A stretch of 60,607 bases of DNA, the filler included. It is 6 parts of 6 records of this genome, joined end to end, with 100 filler letters (N's around TTAATTAATTAA, not from the genome) between each part and the next. Parts side by side here need not be neighbours in the genome. Positions count along the whole stretch, not along the records: positions 48,263 to 60,607 come from DRR723986_674; 5 more parts are not named here. The stretch is one strand, 5' to 3'. The position numbers were made by a program, and so were the translations under genes. This document shows, piece after piece, positions 49,929-59,337 of this stretch; the first letter of the stretch is position 1, and each line of letters starts with the position of its first letter. The notes below the pieces were generated by a model. The model did not search any database and had not been told where the DNA came from. It saw only the letters and a list, made by a program, of their open reading frames with translations.

Positions 49929-51056
49929 CTATTGAGGGACTTGCCCACCAGCCGACGCCGCATCAAGATTAGCCGCTCCGCCGTCCGCGTCAGCCGCGAT
50001 AGCATTTAATGGCCGCCAATCCGCCACAACGCGCGCATTGCGCTGCAGTCCCGCCAGTTTGGCGCGTTTGAGTGGGCTTTTGCGGAATCGCATCGAAAAT
50101 TCGGTTTGTTCCAGCTGCGTGACCGCCTGTAGGTTTAGACTTGTCTCACCGGCGCGCGGCTGGAAGCGCGTTTCGTCACTCGGCTGTTGAAAGCGGTTCC
50201 AGGGGCAGACATCCTGGCAAATATCGCAGCCAAACATCCAGCCTTCCAGGTTTTTAGCTATGTCGTCGGGGATCGCACGGTCCGGCTTGGTTTCAATTGT
50301 CCAATAGGAAATGCAGCGTCCAGTATCAACTTTATAGGGTTCGTGGATCGCATCGGTTGGACATGCCTGCACACAGGCCGTACAGGTTCCGCAGTGGTCG
50401 TTTATTGGGCGGTCGTTGGCAAAGTCCAGGTCGCTGATAATAGTCGCGATAAAAAACCAGGAGCCGATTGTGCGGTTGATAATATTTGTGTGTTTCCCCT
50501 GCCAACCAATCCCGGCGCGGCGCGCCCACTGTTTTTCCAGCAAGGGGCCGGTGTCCGTATACACGCGGTAGTTCGAGCTTGGATGGGCACTGCGCAGCAA
50601 CTCTCCCAGAGCGCGCAGTTTGGGCGGAATTACGTCGTGGTAGTCATCACCCCAGGCATAACGCGAAATCTTGGCAGTCGCGGCGCTGTCAGAATGTGTG
50701 TGTGCCGTATAGTAGTTGTAGCCCAGCACAATCACTGAGCGCGCGCCCGGCAGGACGAGTTTAACATCCTGACGTTTGTCCAGATTGCGCTGCATGTATT
50801 CCAGATCGGCGTGGTGACCTTCCGCCAGCCATTCGCGGTACCGTTCAGCTTCGTGGTTAAGCGGCTCAGCTTCAGCGATTCCAACCAGATCAAATCCCAG
50901 TGCCCGTGCCGCTTGTTTAACTGCCGCCGCACGTATTGCTGCATCCGGGTCTCCCAGGCGGGACCGAATCTCAGGGTCAAACTCAAAACTGAAAATCTTG
51001 GCTCTGGCCGCCGCATTTTGTCTGGCAGGCACGGCAGTCTCCATACTCGCAGCCAC
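49929..51056 (-). CDS. queG: Epoxyqueuosine reductase
   Basis: SRYAWGDDYH, DTGPLLEK, CGTCTACVQACPT, CISYWTIE and GCDICQDVCPWN. Start at GTG 51056 or ATG 51044. Confidence 0.95.
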   Translation of the reverse strand: MAASMETAVPARQNAAARAKIFSFEFDPEIRSRLGDPDAAIRAAAVKQAARALGFDLVGIAEAEPLNHEAERYREWLAEGHHADLEYMQRNLDKRQDVKLVLPGARSVIVLGYNYYTAHTHSDSAATAKISRYAWGDDYHDVIPPKLRALGELLRSAHPSSNYRVYTDTGPLLEKQWARRAGIGWQGKHTNIINRTIGSWFFIATIISDLDFANDRPINDHCGTCTACVQACPTDAIHEPYKVDTGRCISYWTIETKPDRAIPDDIAKNLEGWMFGCDICQDVCPWNRFQQPSDETRFQPRAGETSLNLQAVTQLEQTEFSMRFRKSPLKRAKLAGLQRNARVVADWRPLNAIAADADGGAANLDAASAGGQVPQ

Positions 51057-51216
51057 TTTTCACGCCAACTTTAGCGTCCGTCACTGGCTGCATTTTTTAA
51101 CGTTTACCGGCAAAACTTGCGAACTCTCTCACTAGCATGGATTGGGCTTGAGCGGCTGGCCGCATGCGCGTCCGACCTCTTTAACAGCCGTTTCTTGTTA
51201 GTTGTTGTATTCCAAA

Positions 51217-51624
51217 CTAGAAGTCCATGATCCAGTCTGGCTCCACGCGTTTGGGTTTCTCCAGCCAGATGCGTCCATCCTCCTCAAAAACCCGATAGGT
51301 TTTGAGTTTAGCGCCGCCGCCCAGGGCTTTGCCATTTTCCAGCGAGTACATCCAGCCATGCAGCGGACATGTCACCGTCAGGTCGTCCAGCAGCCCCGTG
51401 GCCAGAATCGGCACATGTTGATGAGGGCAGATGTGTGAAACCGAGAAGAGTTTACCGTCTATCTTAAAGATTGCAATTTGGGTCTCATCGTCAAAAAAGA
51501 TGGCGCGGCCGGCCTTTTTAGGCAGATCTTCGACGCCACATACATTCAGGTACACAACACCGTCGCGCTCGCTCTCGGGGAAATCGACGCCTTCAAAATC
51601 GTCGGTCTGTGACTCGTCACTCAT
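51217..51624 (-). CDS. Rieske 2Fe-2S ferredoxin (NirD-like)
   Basis: CPHQ...CPLHGW. Confidence 0.9.
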   Translation of the reverse strand: MSDESQTDDFEGVDFPESERDGVVYLNVCGVEDLPKKAGRAIFFDDETQIAIFKIDGKLFSVSHICPHQHVPILATGLLDDLTVTCPLHGWMYSLENGKALGGGAKLKTYRVFEEDGRIWLEKPKRVEPDWIMDF

Positions 51625-52517
51625 GACTGCGGCCCTTCCTGCGCCGGCTGCTCAGCGGAATTCTGGTTGACTTTCACAAAGTCTCCCAGCGCAAAACCTT
51701 TGGGACCGTGTTGTAATGTCGCGGCTTCATGGAAAGCGTCATGCTGGAAAATGATGTTCCAGGCTTCTTCATAGGCCTGCGGCCACCACTTCTCTTTTTC
51801 CTGGATGCTTTTGAGCGGTTCGTTATCGTAGCCCATCACAAATGGAACGCGCACGTGGCCATGTGTGGGGCACAGATCCGAGCAAAACAACGCTGTTTTA
51901 CCCTGTCCGGATCCGACTTTGATCATCTGCAGGTGTGGCGTATGTCCGTCAACCGGAAGTACTTCGATGCTCGGCATGAACTCGCCGGGACCATCAAGGA
52001 CTTCCAGCAGGCCGTCGGCCGCCAGCGGCTCATAATTTTCCGGCAAATACGACGCGCGGTCTTTGGGGCTTGGCTTGCGTGCCCAATCCAGTTGCCTGGC
52101 CTGCACATAACATTTGGCATTTGGGAAACGCGGCGCAAGTTCAGCGGTCTTGGTTCGGCGTGTTAAACCACCGGCATGATCAAAATGCAGGTGAGTCACG
52201 AGGACTGCGTCGATATCTTCCGGACGCAGATTGTGCTGCGCAAGTGAGCGCTCCAGAGTGTGGACTGAGTTGTCAACATCATAAATTTTTGCAAATTTTT
52301 CGTCGAACTTGTCGCCGTTGCCACTATCAACCAGAATTGTTTTGTCCGGCGTGCGTAATAAGAGGGCGCGTGCGCTCATTGGAATTCGGTTGCTCTCATC
52401 GGCTGCGGCATAGGCCCGTGTCCACAGTGTTTTAGGCACTACACCGAACATGGCGCCGCCATCAAGGCCAAAGTTGCCGGTTTCCAACAGGTCGATTTTG
52501 ATAGTGTCCAGTTGCAT
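51621..52517 (-). CDS. MBL-fold metallo-hydrolase (YtnP-like)
   Basis: LDGGAMFGVVPKTLW, THLHFDHAGG, GHT and MGYD. Confidence 0.92.
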   Translation of the reverse strand: MQLDTIKIDLLETGNFGLDGGAMFGVVPKTLWTRAYAAADESNRIPMSARALLLRTPDKTILVDSGNGDKFDEKFAKIYDVDNSVHTLERSLAQHNLRPEDIDAVLVTHLHFDHAGGLTRRTKTAELAPRFPNAKCYVQARQLDWARKPSPKDRASYLPENYEPLAADGLLEVLDGPGEFMPSIEVLPVDGHTPHLQMIKVGSGQGKTALFCSDLCPTHGHVRVPFVMGYDNEPLKSIQEKEKWWPQAYEEAWNIIFQHDAFHEAATLQHGPKGFALGDFVKVNQNSAEQPAQEGPQS

Positions 52518-52745
52518 CTTCTACGCGTCTCCCAGGCTTTTTTTGGCCTTCGGCTCAAGTATTTCTGTCAGCTGATTAAAACAGGAATTGTAAAATAGCG
52601 GCCGCGGTCGTAATTTCGAAACTTGTCTTTTTGTGACTTATGCCCTTTTCAGGGTGCAGGCCGTGACTCGCAAGGGTCCACGACCTGTCCAGTGTAATAT
52701 TTGATTAGAACGAAGTTTACTGCTTGACAGAAGGAGCGCCCACCA

Positions 52746-54914
52746 ATGGCGACAATGAACAAAATCCGCGAGATGTCCCCCTGGGCTTTAGGAGGAATCG
52801 CGGTTCTCTTTATCGGTTTCATGGTAATGGCGGATGCAAATCCGGGCAGCTGGCAAGGTAGCCAGGATCCACGTACAACCGAAGTAGGCGTTATTAACGG
52901 TGAGCCTGTCTACCTCTTTGACTTTAATGTCATGGTAGAGAATGCCTCCAACAATGCGCAGCAAAATGCAATTCAACAAGGCCGTGAGCCAAATATTGAA
53001 GTACCGCGGATTCGCCAGCAAGTCTGGGACCAACTCGTCCGCAGTACTCTCCTGAGACAAACTGCGATTGAACTTGGCGTTGCCGTCACAGATCAGGAAA
53101 TCGCAGACCTTCTGCTGTATAACCCGCCACCGGTTCTGCAGAATATGTTCTCCGACACCGCTGGTGTATTTGACCAGAATCGCTACCTGGACGTTATGCA
53201 AAACCCGCGTTCACTTCTGGCCGGCGATAATCCAATCTCCGCACAGCAGTACGACCAATTTGAAGACTTCTTGCTCCAACTGGAAGACCAGTATCGCGAG
53301 CAGCTCATGGACGAAAAAGTTCGTACGGCTGTAGCCACTATGAACTCCGCCGCTCCTGAGAGTTACCTGCAATACAAGTACGCCGCTGCCGAAGGCTCGG
53401 CCGACGTAGAATATCTGGTTCTGCGCGCCGCTTCCATCGGCGATGGTGAAGTTGAGATTTCAGACGATGAAATCCGCAAGTACTACGATGAGCATCCAGG
53501 TGAATTTCAGCAGAAAGCTTCGCGCAAGCTGAAGTACATTTCCCTGCTGAACACGCCGTCAACTGCCGACAGTGCTGCCGCCAAGAAAAAAGAAAAACGC
53601 GTTCAGGATGCTGTGGCAAACGCCGCAACGCCGGCCGATAAAGCTGCAGAATTTGACCGTTTCCTGCGTGAATACTACGGAAGCAACTCCGAGTACACGA
53701 ACCTGGAGAACGTCGATCCACAGAAAAAACCTTATCTCCTGACGCTGTCCGTAAACGAAGTCATCGGACCAGTTTACCTGCCGACAGGCGCGCACTTCTT
53801 TAAACTTGCCGATCGCCGTGAAGCTGAAAGCCCAATGGCCAGTGCTTCACACATCCTGCTGAAGTTTACTGAAGACAACAAAGACAGCGTAGAACAGGTA
53901 GCCAAAGACCTGATGCAACGCATCAACGATGGTGAAGACCTTGCCGCGCTGGCGCTGCAGTTCTCAGAAGATCCGTCAGTTCAAAACAACCGTGGCGACA
54001 TGGGCTACTTTGAACGCGCACGCATGGTCCCTGAATTCTCCGACGCTGTCTTCGGTGCTGAAGTGGGTGATCTGGTTGGACCGGTTGAGTCTCAATTCGG
54101 TTTCCACATCATCAAAGTTCAAGGTTTCGCAGCCGAAGAAATTCGCTGGAGTGAAATTTCGATCAAACCGATCGTTTCACGCCGCACACTCACAAATGGC
54201 AATCGCCGTGCACGCCTCTTCCGCGAACGCGTTGTAGAAGAAGGCAAACAGTTTGACAGCGTCGCTGCTGAAATGGGACTGACGCCGCGTACAACCGGCC
54301 TCATCTTCGCCGATCAGCCGGCACTTGGTTCACGCGCACTTTCCTCCTTTGCTACCAAAGGCAAACTTGGTGACGTCAGCGAACCACTCGAAGTCAACGG
54401 TTATGGCAAGGTAGTTGCTGAGATTGTTGAGGACCGCAAAGATGGTGTTAAACCATTTGAAGAAGTTCGCCAGACGGCGCAGTCACGTGTCATGCTCGAA
54501 AAGAAACTCGACATCGCAATGCAGCGCATCGAAGGTCTTATCTCCGGCGTCAAGGCGGCTCCAAGCCTGACTGCTTTCCAGGTTCCGGATTCGACCATGC
54601 AGACCGGCGCAATCTCGGTTAAGAACGACGGTTCCGTTTCCGGTCTCGGTACGGACTTCGTCTTCACGGCTCTGGCCTTCAACTCAGAATTGAATCAGCT
54701 TGTAGGCCCAACGCGCGGCGAGCGCATGGCATTCTACCTGAAAGTCAACCGCCGTTCGATTCCAGGACCGGAGCAGTATGCTGCCAACCGCGACAGCCTA
54801 ATGACTGCATTCTCGCAGGTTCAGGCACGTCAGTCCTACTTCGCGTGGTTCACACATCTGCGTGACAATGCTGAGATCGTTGACAACCGTGCACAGCACT
54901 TCCCGAACGAATAA
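52746..54914 (+). CDS. ppiD: PpiD/SurA-type peptidylprolyl isomerase chaperone
   Basis: MNKIRE plus N-terminal TM anchor, SurA-N domain and parvulin motifs ASHILL...FSED...GDMGYF...GPVESQFGFHII. Confidence 0.85.
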   Translation: MATMNKIREMSPWALGGIAVLFIGFMVMADANPGSWQGSQDPRTTEVGVINGEPVYLFDFNVMVENASNNAQQNAIQQGREPNIEVPRIRQQVWDQLVRSTLLRQTAIELGVAVTDQEIADLLLYNPPPVLQNMFSDTAGVFDQNRYLDVMQNPRSLLAGDNPISAQQYDQFEDFLLQLEDQYREQLMDEKVRTAVATMNSAAPESYLQYKYAAAEGSADVEYLVLRAASIGDGEVEISDDEIRKYYDEHPGEFQQKASRKLKYISLLNTPSTADSAAAKKKEKRVQDAVANAATPADKAAEFDRFLREYYGSNSEYTNLENVDPQKKPYLLTLSVNEVIGPVYLPTGAHFFKLADRREAESPMASASHILLKFTEDNKDSVEQVAKDLMQRINDGEDLAALALQFSEDPSVQNNRGDMGYFERARMVPEFSDAVFGAEVGDLVGPVESQFGFHIIKVQGFAAEEIRWSEISIKPIVSRRTLTNGNRRARLFRERVVEEGKQFDSVAAEMGLTPRTTGLIFADQPALGSRALSSFATKGKLGDVSEPLEVNGYGKVVAEIVEDRKDGVKPFEEVRQTAQSRVMLEKKLDIAMQRIEGLISGVKAAPSLTAFQVPDSTMQTGAISVKNDGSVSGLGTDFVFTALAFNSELNQLVGPTRGERMAFYLKVNRRSIPGPEQYAANRDSLMTAFSQVQARQSYFAWFTHLRDNAEIVDNRAQHFPNE

Positions 54915-54987
54915 GGCCAGGCGAATTGCCTGAATCGTAGCGGAATGCCGGCAGATGTTCATGCCATTGCGATTTCGCATAAAATAC

Positions 54988-55021
54988 ACCCCTGCTTCCT
55001 TCGGGATTGCAGGGGTTTTTT
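54988..55021 (+). terminator. Intrinsic terminator after ppiD
   Basis: ACCCCTGC..TCC-TTCG-GGA..GCAGGGGT followed by TTTTT (cUUCGg loop). Confidence 0.75.
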
Positions 55022-56005
55022 ATGAGCCTTTATAGGTTTGATCCCCAGATTTCCATGAAATTCGACGCAGAAGAACTTCAAGAACTCGCCGGTCGTGATG
55101 GCGGCAAATTCGCAGTCAGGAACTGTGAGGAGGCCGAACAGTTTACGCGCAAACTGGCGCTGGGGCACTACGAGAACTTCCCGGTCGCCTCCTTCCTGCT
55201 GCCGGCAGCACAACGTCGCCACGTCTTTAATGTCTACGCCTTTGCGCGCATTGCCGATGACATTGCCGACGAGCCGCACGGAATTCAGACTGCGCAGCGT
55301 TTGTTCATGCTGGACAACCTGCTGGTGCTGCTCAAATCTCCGCAGCCGGACAGCAACCCGATCTTTATAGCTCTGGAACGCACGCGCCGCGAGCTGGACA
55401 TCCCGACGACGCCCTTTGAGCGACTGATTGCCGCCTTTAAGAGCGACGTCACCTTTGAAACGCCGCAAGACATGACCGCTCTGCTGGCCTACTGCCACAA
55501 TTCGGCAGATCCAATCGGTGAGCTGGTTCTACGCATCTTTGGCCTATGGCATCCCGTACGCGCCAAATATTCAGATATGATTTGCACTGCCCTGCAGTTG
55601 GCAAACTTCTGGCAGGACTTTTCGCGTGACCTGCGCAATGGGCGTGTCTATATTCCAAGCGATATATTGCGCCAGTACAATCTGGTTCCCGAACAAGTCA
55701 GGCGCGCGCGCCGGGCACGTGATTTGCCCGACTCATTCGTCGATTGCCTCGGCCATGTGTTTGCCGATGCAAGCGATCGTCTGGAGCGCGGCTCTTCGCT
55801 GCTGGATATGATTCCCAATACCAGATTGCGCATGGAATTAGCGTCAATTGTGAGTGGTGGACGAACTATTCTGGCTAAGTCGAAGCTTCTCGGTGCAGAT
55901 ATTGTCGAAAATCGCCCAAACTTGCGTACATTAGACTTCGCAAAAATAATTGCGAGTTCTTTGTTTCGCGTACGACCTGCAGGCATTCGACTGCAGGACT
56001 CCTGA
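55022..56005 (+). CDS. hpnC: Squalene synthase HpnC (hydroxysqualene synthase)
   Basis: HYENFPVASFLLP, YAFARIADDIADE, YCHNSADPIG and CTALQLANFWQD. Start at 55022 or 55055. Confidence 0.9.
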   Translation: MSLYRFDPQISMKFDAEELQELAGRDGGKFAVRNCEEAEQFTRKLALGHYENFPVASFLLPAAQRRHVFNVYAFARIADDIADEPHGIQTAQRLFMLDNLLVLLKSPQPDSNPIFIALERTRRELDIPTTPFERLIAAFKSDVTFETPQDMTALLAYCHNSADPIGELVLRIFGLWHPVRAKYSDMICTALQLANFWQDFSRDLRNGRVYIPSDILRQYNLVPEQVRRARRARDLPDSFVDCLGHVFADASDRLERGSSLLDMIPNTRLRMELASIVSGGRTILAKSKLLGADIVENRPNLRTLDFAKIIASSLFRVRPAGIRLQDS

Positions 56006-56108
56006 ATGCTCCCCTAGGGGAAAACGTGCCTGATCACACTGTCACGATCGGCACACACGTCAAACTCAGCCGGAATAAGCGCCGGAACCCAAAAGCTGGA
56101 CGACCTCC

Positions 56109-56996
56109 ATGAGTGATGTCTCAATGCCGGAGACCGAAGAATATCTGCCGCAGCAGCAGTCCACCAATTTCTTCTACTCTTTTTCCTTCCTTCCCAAAGC
56201 CGAGCGGGAAGCGATGCACACCGTCTATGCCTTTTGTCGTTACACCGACGATATTGTAGACTCTGAGCCTTCAAACTTTGAACCGCGTAACGTCGAGAAA
56301 AAACGAAAGAGTTTGCGCTGGTGGCGCAAAGAAGTCGATAAATGTTACGATGGTCAGTCACAACACCCCATCCTGCGCCCGCTCTCAGCCGTCGTGCGCC
56401 GCTTTGCCATTCCGCGCCAGTATTTGCACATCCTCATCGATGGCTGTGAACGCGACCTGGTCCAGGCGCGCTACCAGACTTTCGGCGACCTCAAGGATTA
56501 CTGCTACGGCGTGGCCAGCATCGTTGGCTTGATGTGTATTGAAATTTTTGGCTACAAGTACGACGAGACCAAAGAGTACGCCGTTAATCTGGGCTACGCC
56601 CTGCAGCTGACGAATATTCTGCGGGATATTAAACACGACGCCGGCCTTGGCCGTATCTACTTACCGCTCGAAGACCTGAATCGCTTTAATTATAGCGAAC
56701 AGGAATTGCTTGACGGCGTGTACGATGAGCGTTTTGTAGAATTAATGCGTTTTGAAGTCCGCCGCGCACGTGAATATTATCATCGTGCACGCGCCGCCCT
56801 GCGCCCCGACGAAAAGCGGACAATGTTTGCCGCAGAAATCATGGATGCGATTTATTATCGCCTGCTGGAAAAGATTGAGATGCGCAACTTTGACGTCTTC
56901 ACCAAACGCATCAGCGTCTCAACGCCACACAAAGTATTGATAGCGGCGCGCCTCTGGCTGAAAATGCGCGTCCTGTTCAGAGAAAAAACGCGCTAG
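56109..56996 (+). CDS. hpnD: Presqualene diphosphate synthase HpnD
   Basis: STNFFYSF, YAFCRYTDDIVD, YCYGVASIVG and ALQLTNILRD...GRIYLP. Follows hpnC. Confidence 0.88.
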   Translation: MSDVSMPETEEYLPQQQSTNFFYSFSFLPKAEREAMHTVYAFCRYTDDIVDSEPSNFEPRNVEKKRKSLRWWRKEVDKCYDGQSQHPILRPLSAVVRRFAIPRQYLHILIDGCERDLVQARYQTFGDLKDYCYGVASIVGLMCIEIFGYKYDETKEYAVNLGYALQLTNILRDIKHDAGLGRIYLPLEDLNRFNYSEQELLDGVYDERFVELMRFEVRRAREYYHRARAALRPDEKRTMFAAEIMDAIYYRLLEKIEMRNFDVFTKRISVSTPHKVLIAARLWLKMRVLFREKTR

Positions 56997-56997
56997 C

Positions 56998-57031
56998 TTT
57001 ACGCAATTGTGCCGCTTTTTGGTAAATTTGC
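56998..57031 (+). promoter_or_regulatory. Bacteroidota-type -33/-7 promoter for nuoE
   Basis: TTTA-N21-TAAATTTG(C) matches TTTG-N19-21-TAnnTTTG. No SD before the nuoE ATG. Confidence 0.6.
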
Positions 57032-57078
57032 AACCAGCATAAAAAGTTGTTGTGTTTTATTGACGGGTCGTCTCCAGT

Positions 57079-57558
57079 ATGGAAATCCAGTTCACTCCGG
57101 CAGAAATCGAAAAAGTCAAAGAACTGAAAGCCTTGTACCCCCACTCACAAGCCGCCGTCATGCCGGTTCTGTGGATGGCACAGAAGAAATTCGGTTGGTT
57201 GTCTGAAGACGTCATGAAACTCGTCGGCGAAGTCATGGAACTTCCCACTGCACACGTCATGGGCGTAGCTTCCTTCTACACCATGTACTTCAAAAAACCG
57301 ATGGGCAAATTCCACGTCCAGGTTTGCACAAACGTTTCGTGCATGCTGCGCGGTGGCGACAAAATTTACGACTTCGTCAAAGACAAGTACCAGATTGGGC
57401 ACAACGAAACAACTCCCGACGGCCGTATCTCACTCGAAGAAGTTGAGTGTATGGGCGCCTGCGGCGGAGCCCCAATGCTGGTTGTGAACGAAGACTATCA
57501 CGAGAATCTGAACATGGACAAGGTCAAGGCAATCCTGGCCGATCTGCCACAAGACTAA
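57079..57558 (+). CDS. nuoE: NADH-quinone oxidoreductase subunit E
   Basis: VASFYTMY, VCTNVSCMLRG and VECMGACGGAP (2Fe-2S N1a ligands). Confidence 0.93.
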   Translation: MEIQFTPAEIEKVKELKALYPHSQAAVMPVLWMAQKKFGWLSEDVMKLVGEVMELPTAHVMGVASFYTMYFKKPMGKFHVQVCTNVSCMLRGGDKIYDFVKDKYQIGHNETTPDGRISLEEVECMGACGGAPMLVVNEDYHENLNMDKVKAILADLPQD

Positions 57559-57619
57559 ACGGTCAAATCGTACAGTAAACACGCTGCGCCGGCCATCCCG
57601 ACACTCGCTCTAGAATTCA

Positions 57620-57656
57620 CAACGGACTTGCTCTCAAAGCAGGTCCGTTGCTGTTT
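57620..57656 (+). terminator. Terminator-like hairpin after nuoE
   Basis: CAACGGACTTGCT-CTCAA-AGCAGGTCCGTTG followed by CTGTTT. Confidence 0.55.
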
Positions 57657-57826
57657 AGGGCCAATTAGTTCCGCCAACACACCGCTCAGTGCCGGAACAG
57701 TTGCATCAAATTCGCGCTCAGTCGCATATGTTTAACATCTGGAAGAAACTTTTTTCGCTGCGACGTGTACTTGCAGCAAGCGGAAGGTACCTGCTAAAGT
57801 CGATTTGGAATCACACGAGTCATAGA

Positions 57827-59326
57827 ATGAATACTGCTGATCAACATCAATCCGGAAAGCCGAAATTTCAAAATAGTACGCGGCCAGGGCCCAAAGCCAT
57901 TAGCTTGCTTACAGTTCTTCTTGGCCTCATTTTTATCCTGCCTGCCTGCGATGATGTCGATACGCCTGTTGGTGGTAGCGATCTACTCGTAACGCCGTCC
58001 AGCCTGGACTTTGGACAGGTCAAAATCGGTGAGTCACGCACGCTTTCAGTACGTGTAAGTAATAACGGCTCTGAGAACATCACAATCGCTGCGCAGCTGC
58101 GTGGTGATGATCTGGCCGCCTTCAGTATCGAGGCGCAGCCTGGCGGCGTTCTGGCCCCTGGAGCTTCGGCTGATATCGAGATTGCCTTCTCGCCGAATGC
58201 CGAACGCACATTCACAGCATCGCTGCGCGCCGGCATTGAGGCAACAATCGATATTCCGCTTACAGGTGAAGGCGTCACTGAAGTCCAATCCAGCGGCCCA
58301 ACACTCGTTGCCGGACGTGTCGCCAAAGGCCCGGAGCTCGACGGTAGTGCCGCTGACGCTGTCTGGCAGGCGGCAACGCCACTTTCGCTGACGCTCTCGC
58401 AAGTTGAAAGTACACAGCCCAGCGGCAGTCATACTATGACGCTCAAGTCCGTGCACGACGGCAGTAAGGTTTTTTTCCTTGTTCAGGTACGGGATAACGA
58501 GCCACATCTTCTGCCCAGCAGCTGGCTGCTGCAGGGCTCCGATGCCTCCCGCGAGTCCGACTGGTCGCGCCGCACGCAGCTGGGTCAGGACGGCTTTAGT
58601 TTCATGTTCCCTATCTCAAGTAATGTCCAGGGAGACTCGCCTGAGGAAACGTTTGAAACAGTTGGGTGTAATACTGCCTGCCACGTTACTGAAGCGCTCG
58701 AAAACTACGAAGGTGGCATGTATCCAACCCGCGGATCTGTTGACATCTGGTACTGGAAAGCCGGCACAACAAATCCACAAGGATATGCCGATGATTACGT
58801 CGCTTCCGGTAGTGATGGCGGCGCTAATCGCAACGAACGCCGCGCTGATGCCGGACGCAGCTTCGCCCAGGAAAACTTCAGCTCAGTCGGACTCGGAATT
58901 CCATTGCGCGTCACTGGTGCTGACAACGGCGGACTCGACGCTACCAGGTACATCTGGAACGACAGCAGCACGCCAATTAACTTCGCGGAGAACCCTATGA
59001 CCAGCCGTGCCTGGGCGAATAATGATATCGTTCCCGGCTGGCTCCTGCGCACAGATCCAAATTCCGGCGTCAGTCGTCTTGATGTCCAGGCCGTCGGTAA
59101 TTATGACGGCAGAACTTCAACGTGGACGATCGAATTCAGCCGCGATCTCAATACACAAAATTCTGATGATATCAATTTCAGTGGCCTTGCCGGCACACCT
59201 TTCAGCGTTGCGTATTTCGATAATACGCGCAAGTACGCTAACTTTGAATATGCCAACTTGTCAAACGCGCCGCGGCCCTCACATTTTGGAACGCAAACAC
59301 GTAGTTTGACGTTAACGCTGCAATAG
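57827..59326 (+). CDS. Lipoprotein with Ig-like (ASH/choice-of-anchor D) domain and ethylbenzene-dehydrogenase-gamma/DOMON-like heme-binding domain
   Basis: Lipobox LPAC-DD, PSSLDFGQV..V.VSNNG..LAPG..FSP...IPLTGEG, ELDG...VW, GCNTACH, DIWYWKA and WTIEFSRDL. Confidence 0.75.
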   Translation: MNTADQHQSGKPKFQNSTRPGPKAISLLTVLLGLIFILPACDDVDTPVGGSDLLVTPSSLDFGQVKIGESRTLSVRVSNNGSENITIAAQLRGDDLAAFSIEAQPGGVLAPGASADIEIAFSPNAERTFTASLRAGIEATIDIPLTGEGVTEVQSSGPTLVAGRVAKGPELDGSAADAVWQAATPLSLTLSQVESTQPSGSHTMTLKSVHDGSKVFFLVQVRDNEPHLLPSSWLLQGSDASRESDWSRRTQLGQDGFSFMFPISSNVQGDSPEETFETVGCNTACHVTEALENYEGGMYPTRGSVDIWYWKAGTTNPQGYADDYVASGSDGGANRNERRADAGRSFAQENFSSVGLGIPLRVTGADNGGLDATRYIWNDSSTPINFAENPMTSRAWANNDIVPGWLLRTDPNSGVSRLDVQAVGNYDGRTSTWTIEFSRDLNTQNSDDINFSGLAGTPFSVAYFDNTRKYANFEYANLSNAPRPSHFGTQTRSLTLTLQ

Positions 59327-59337
59327 AAAAACGCACA

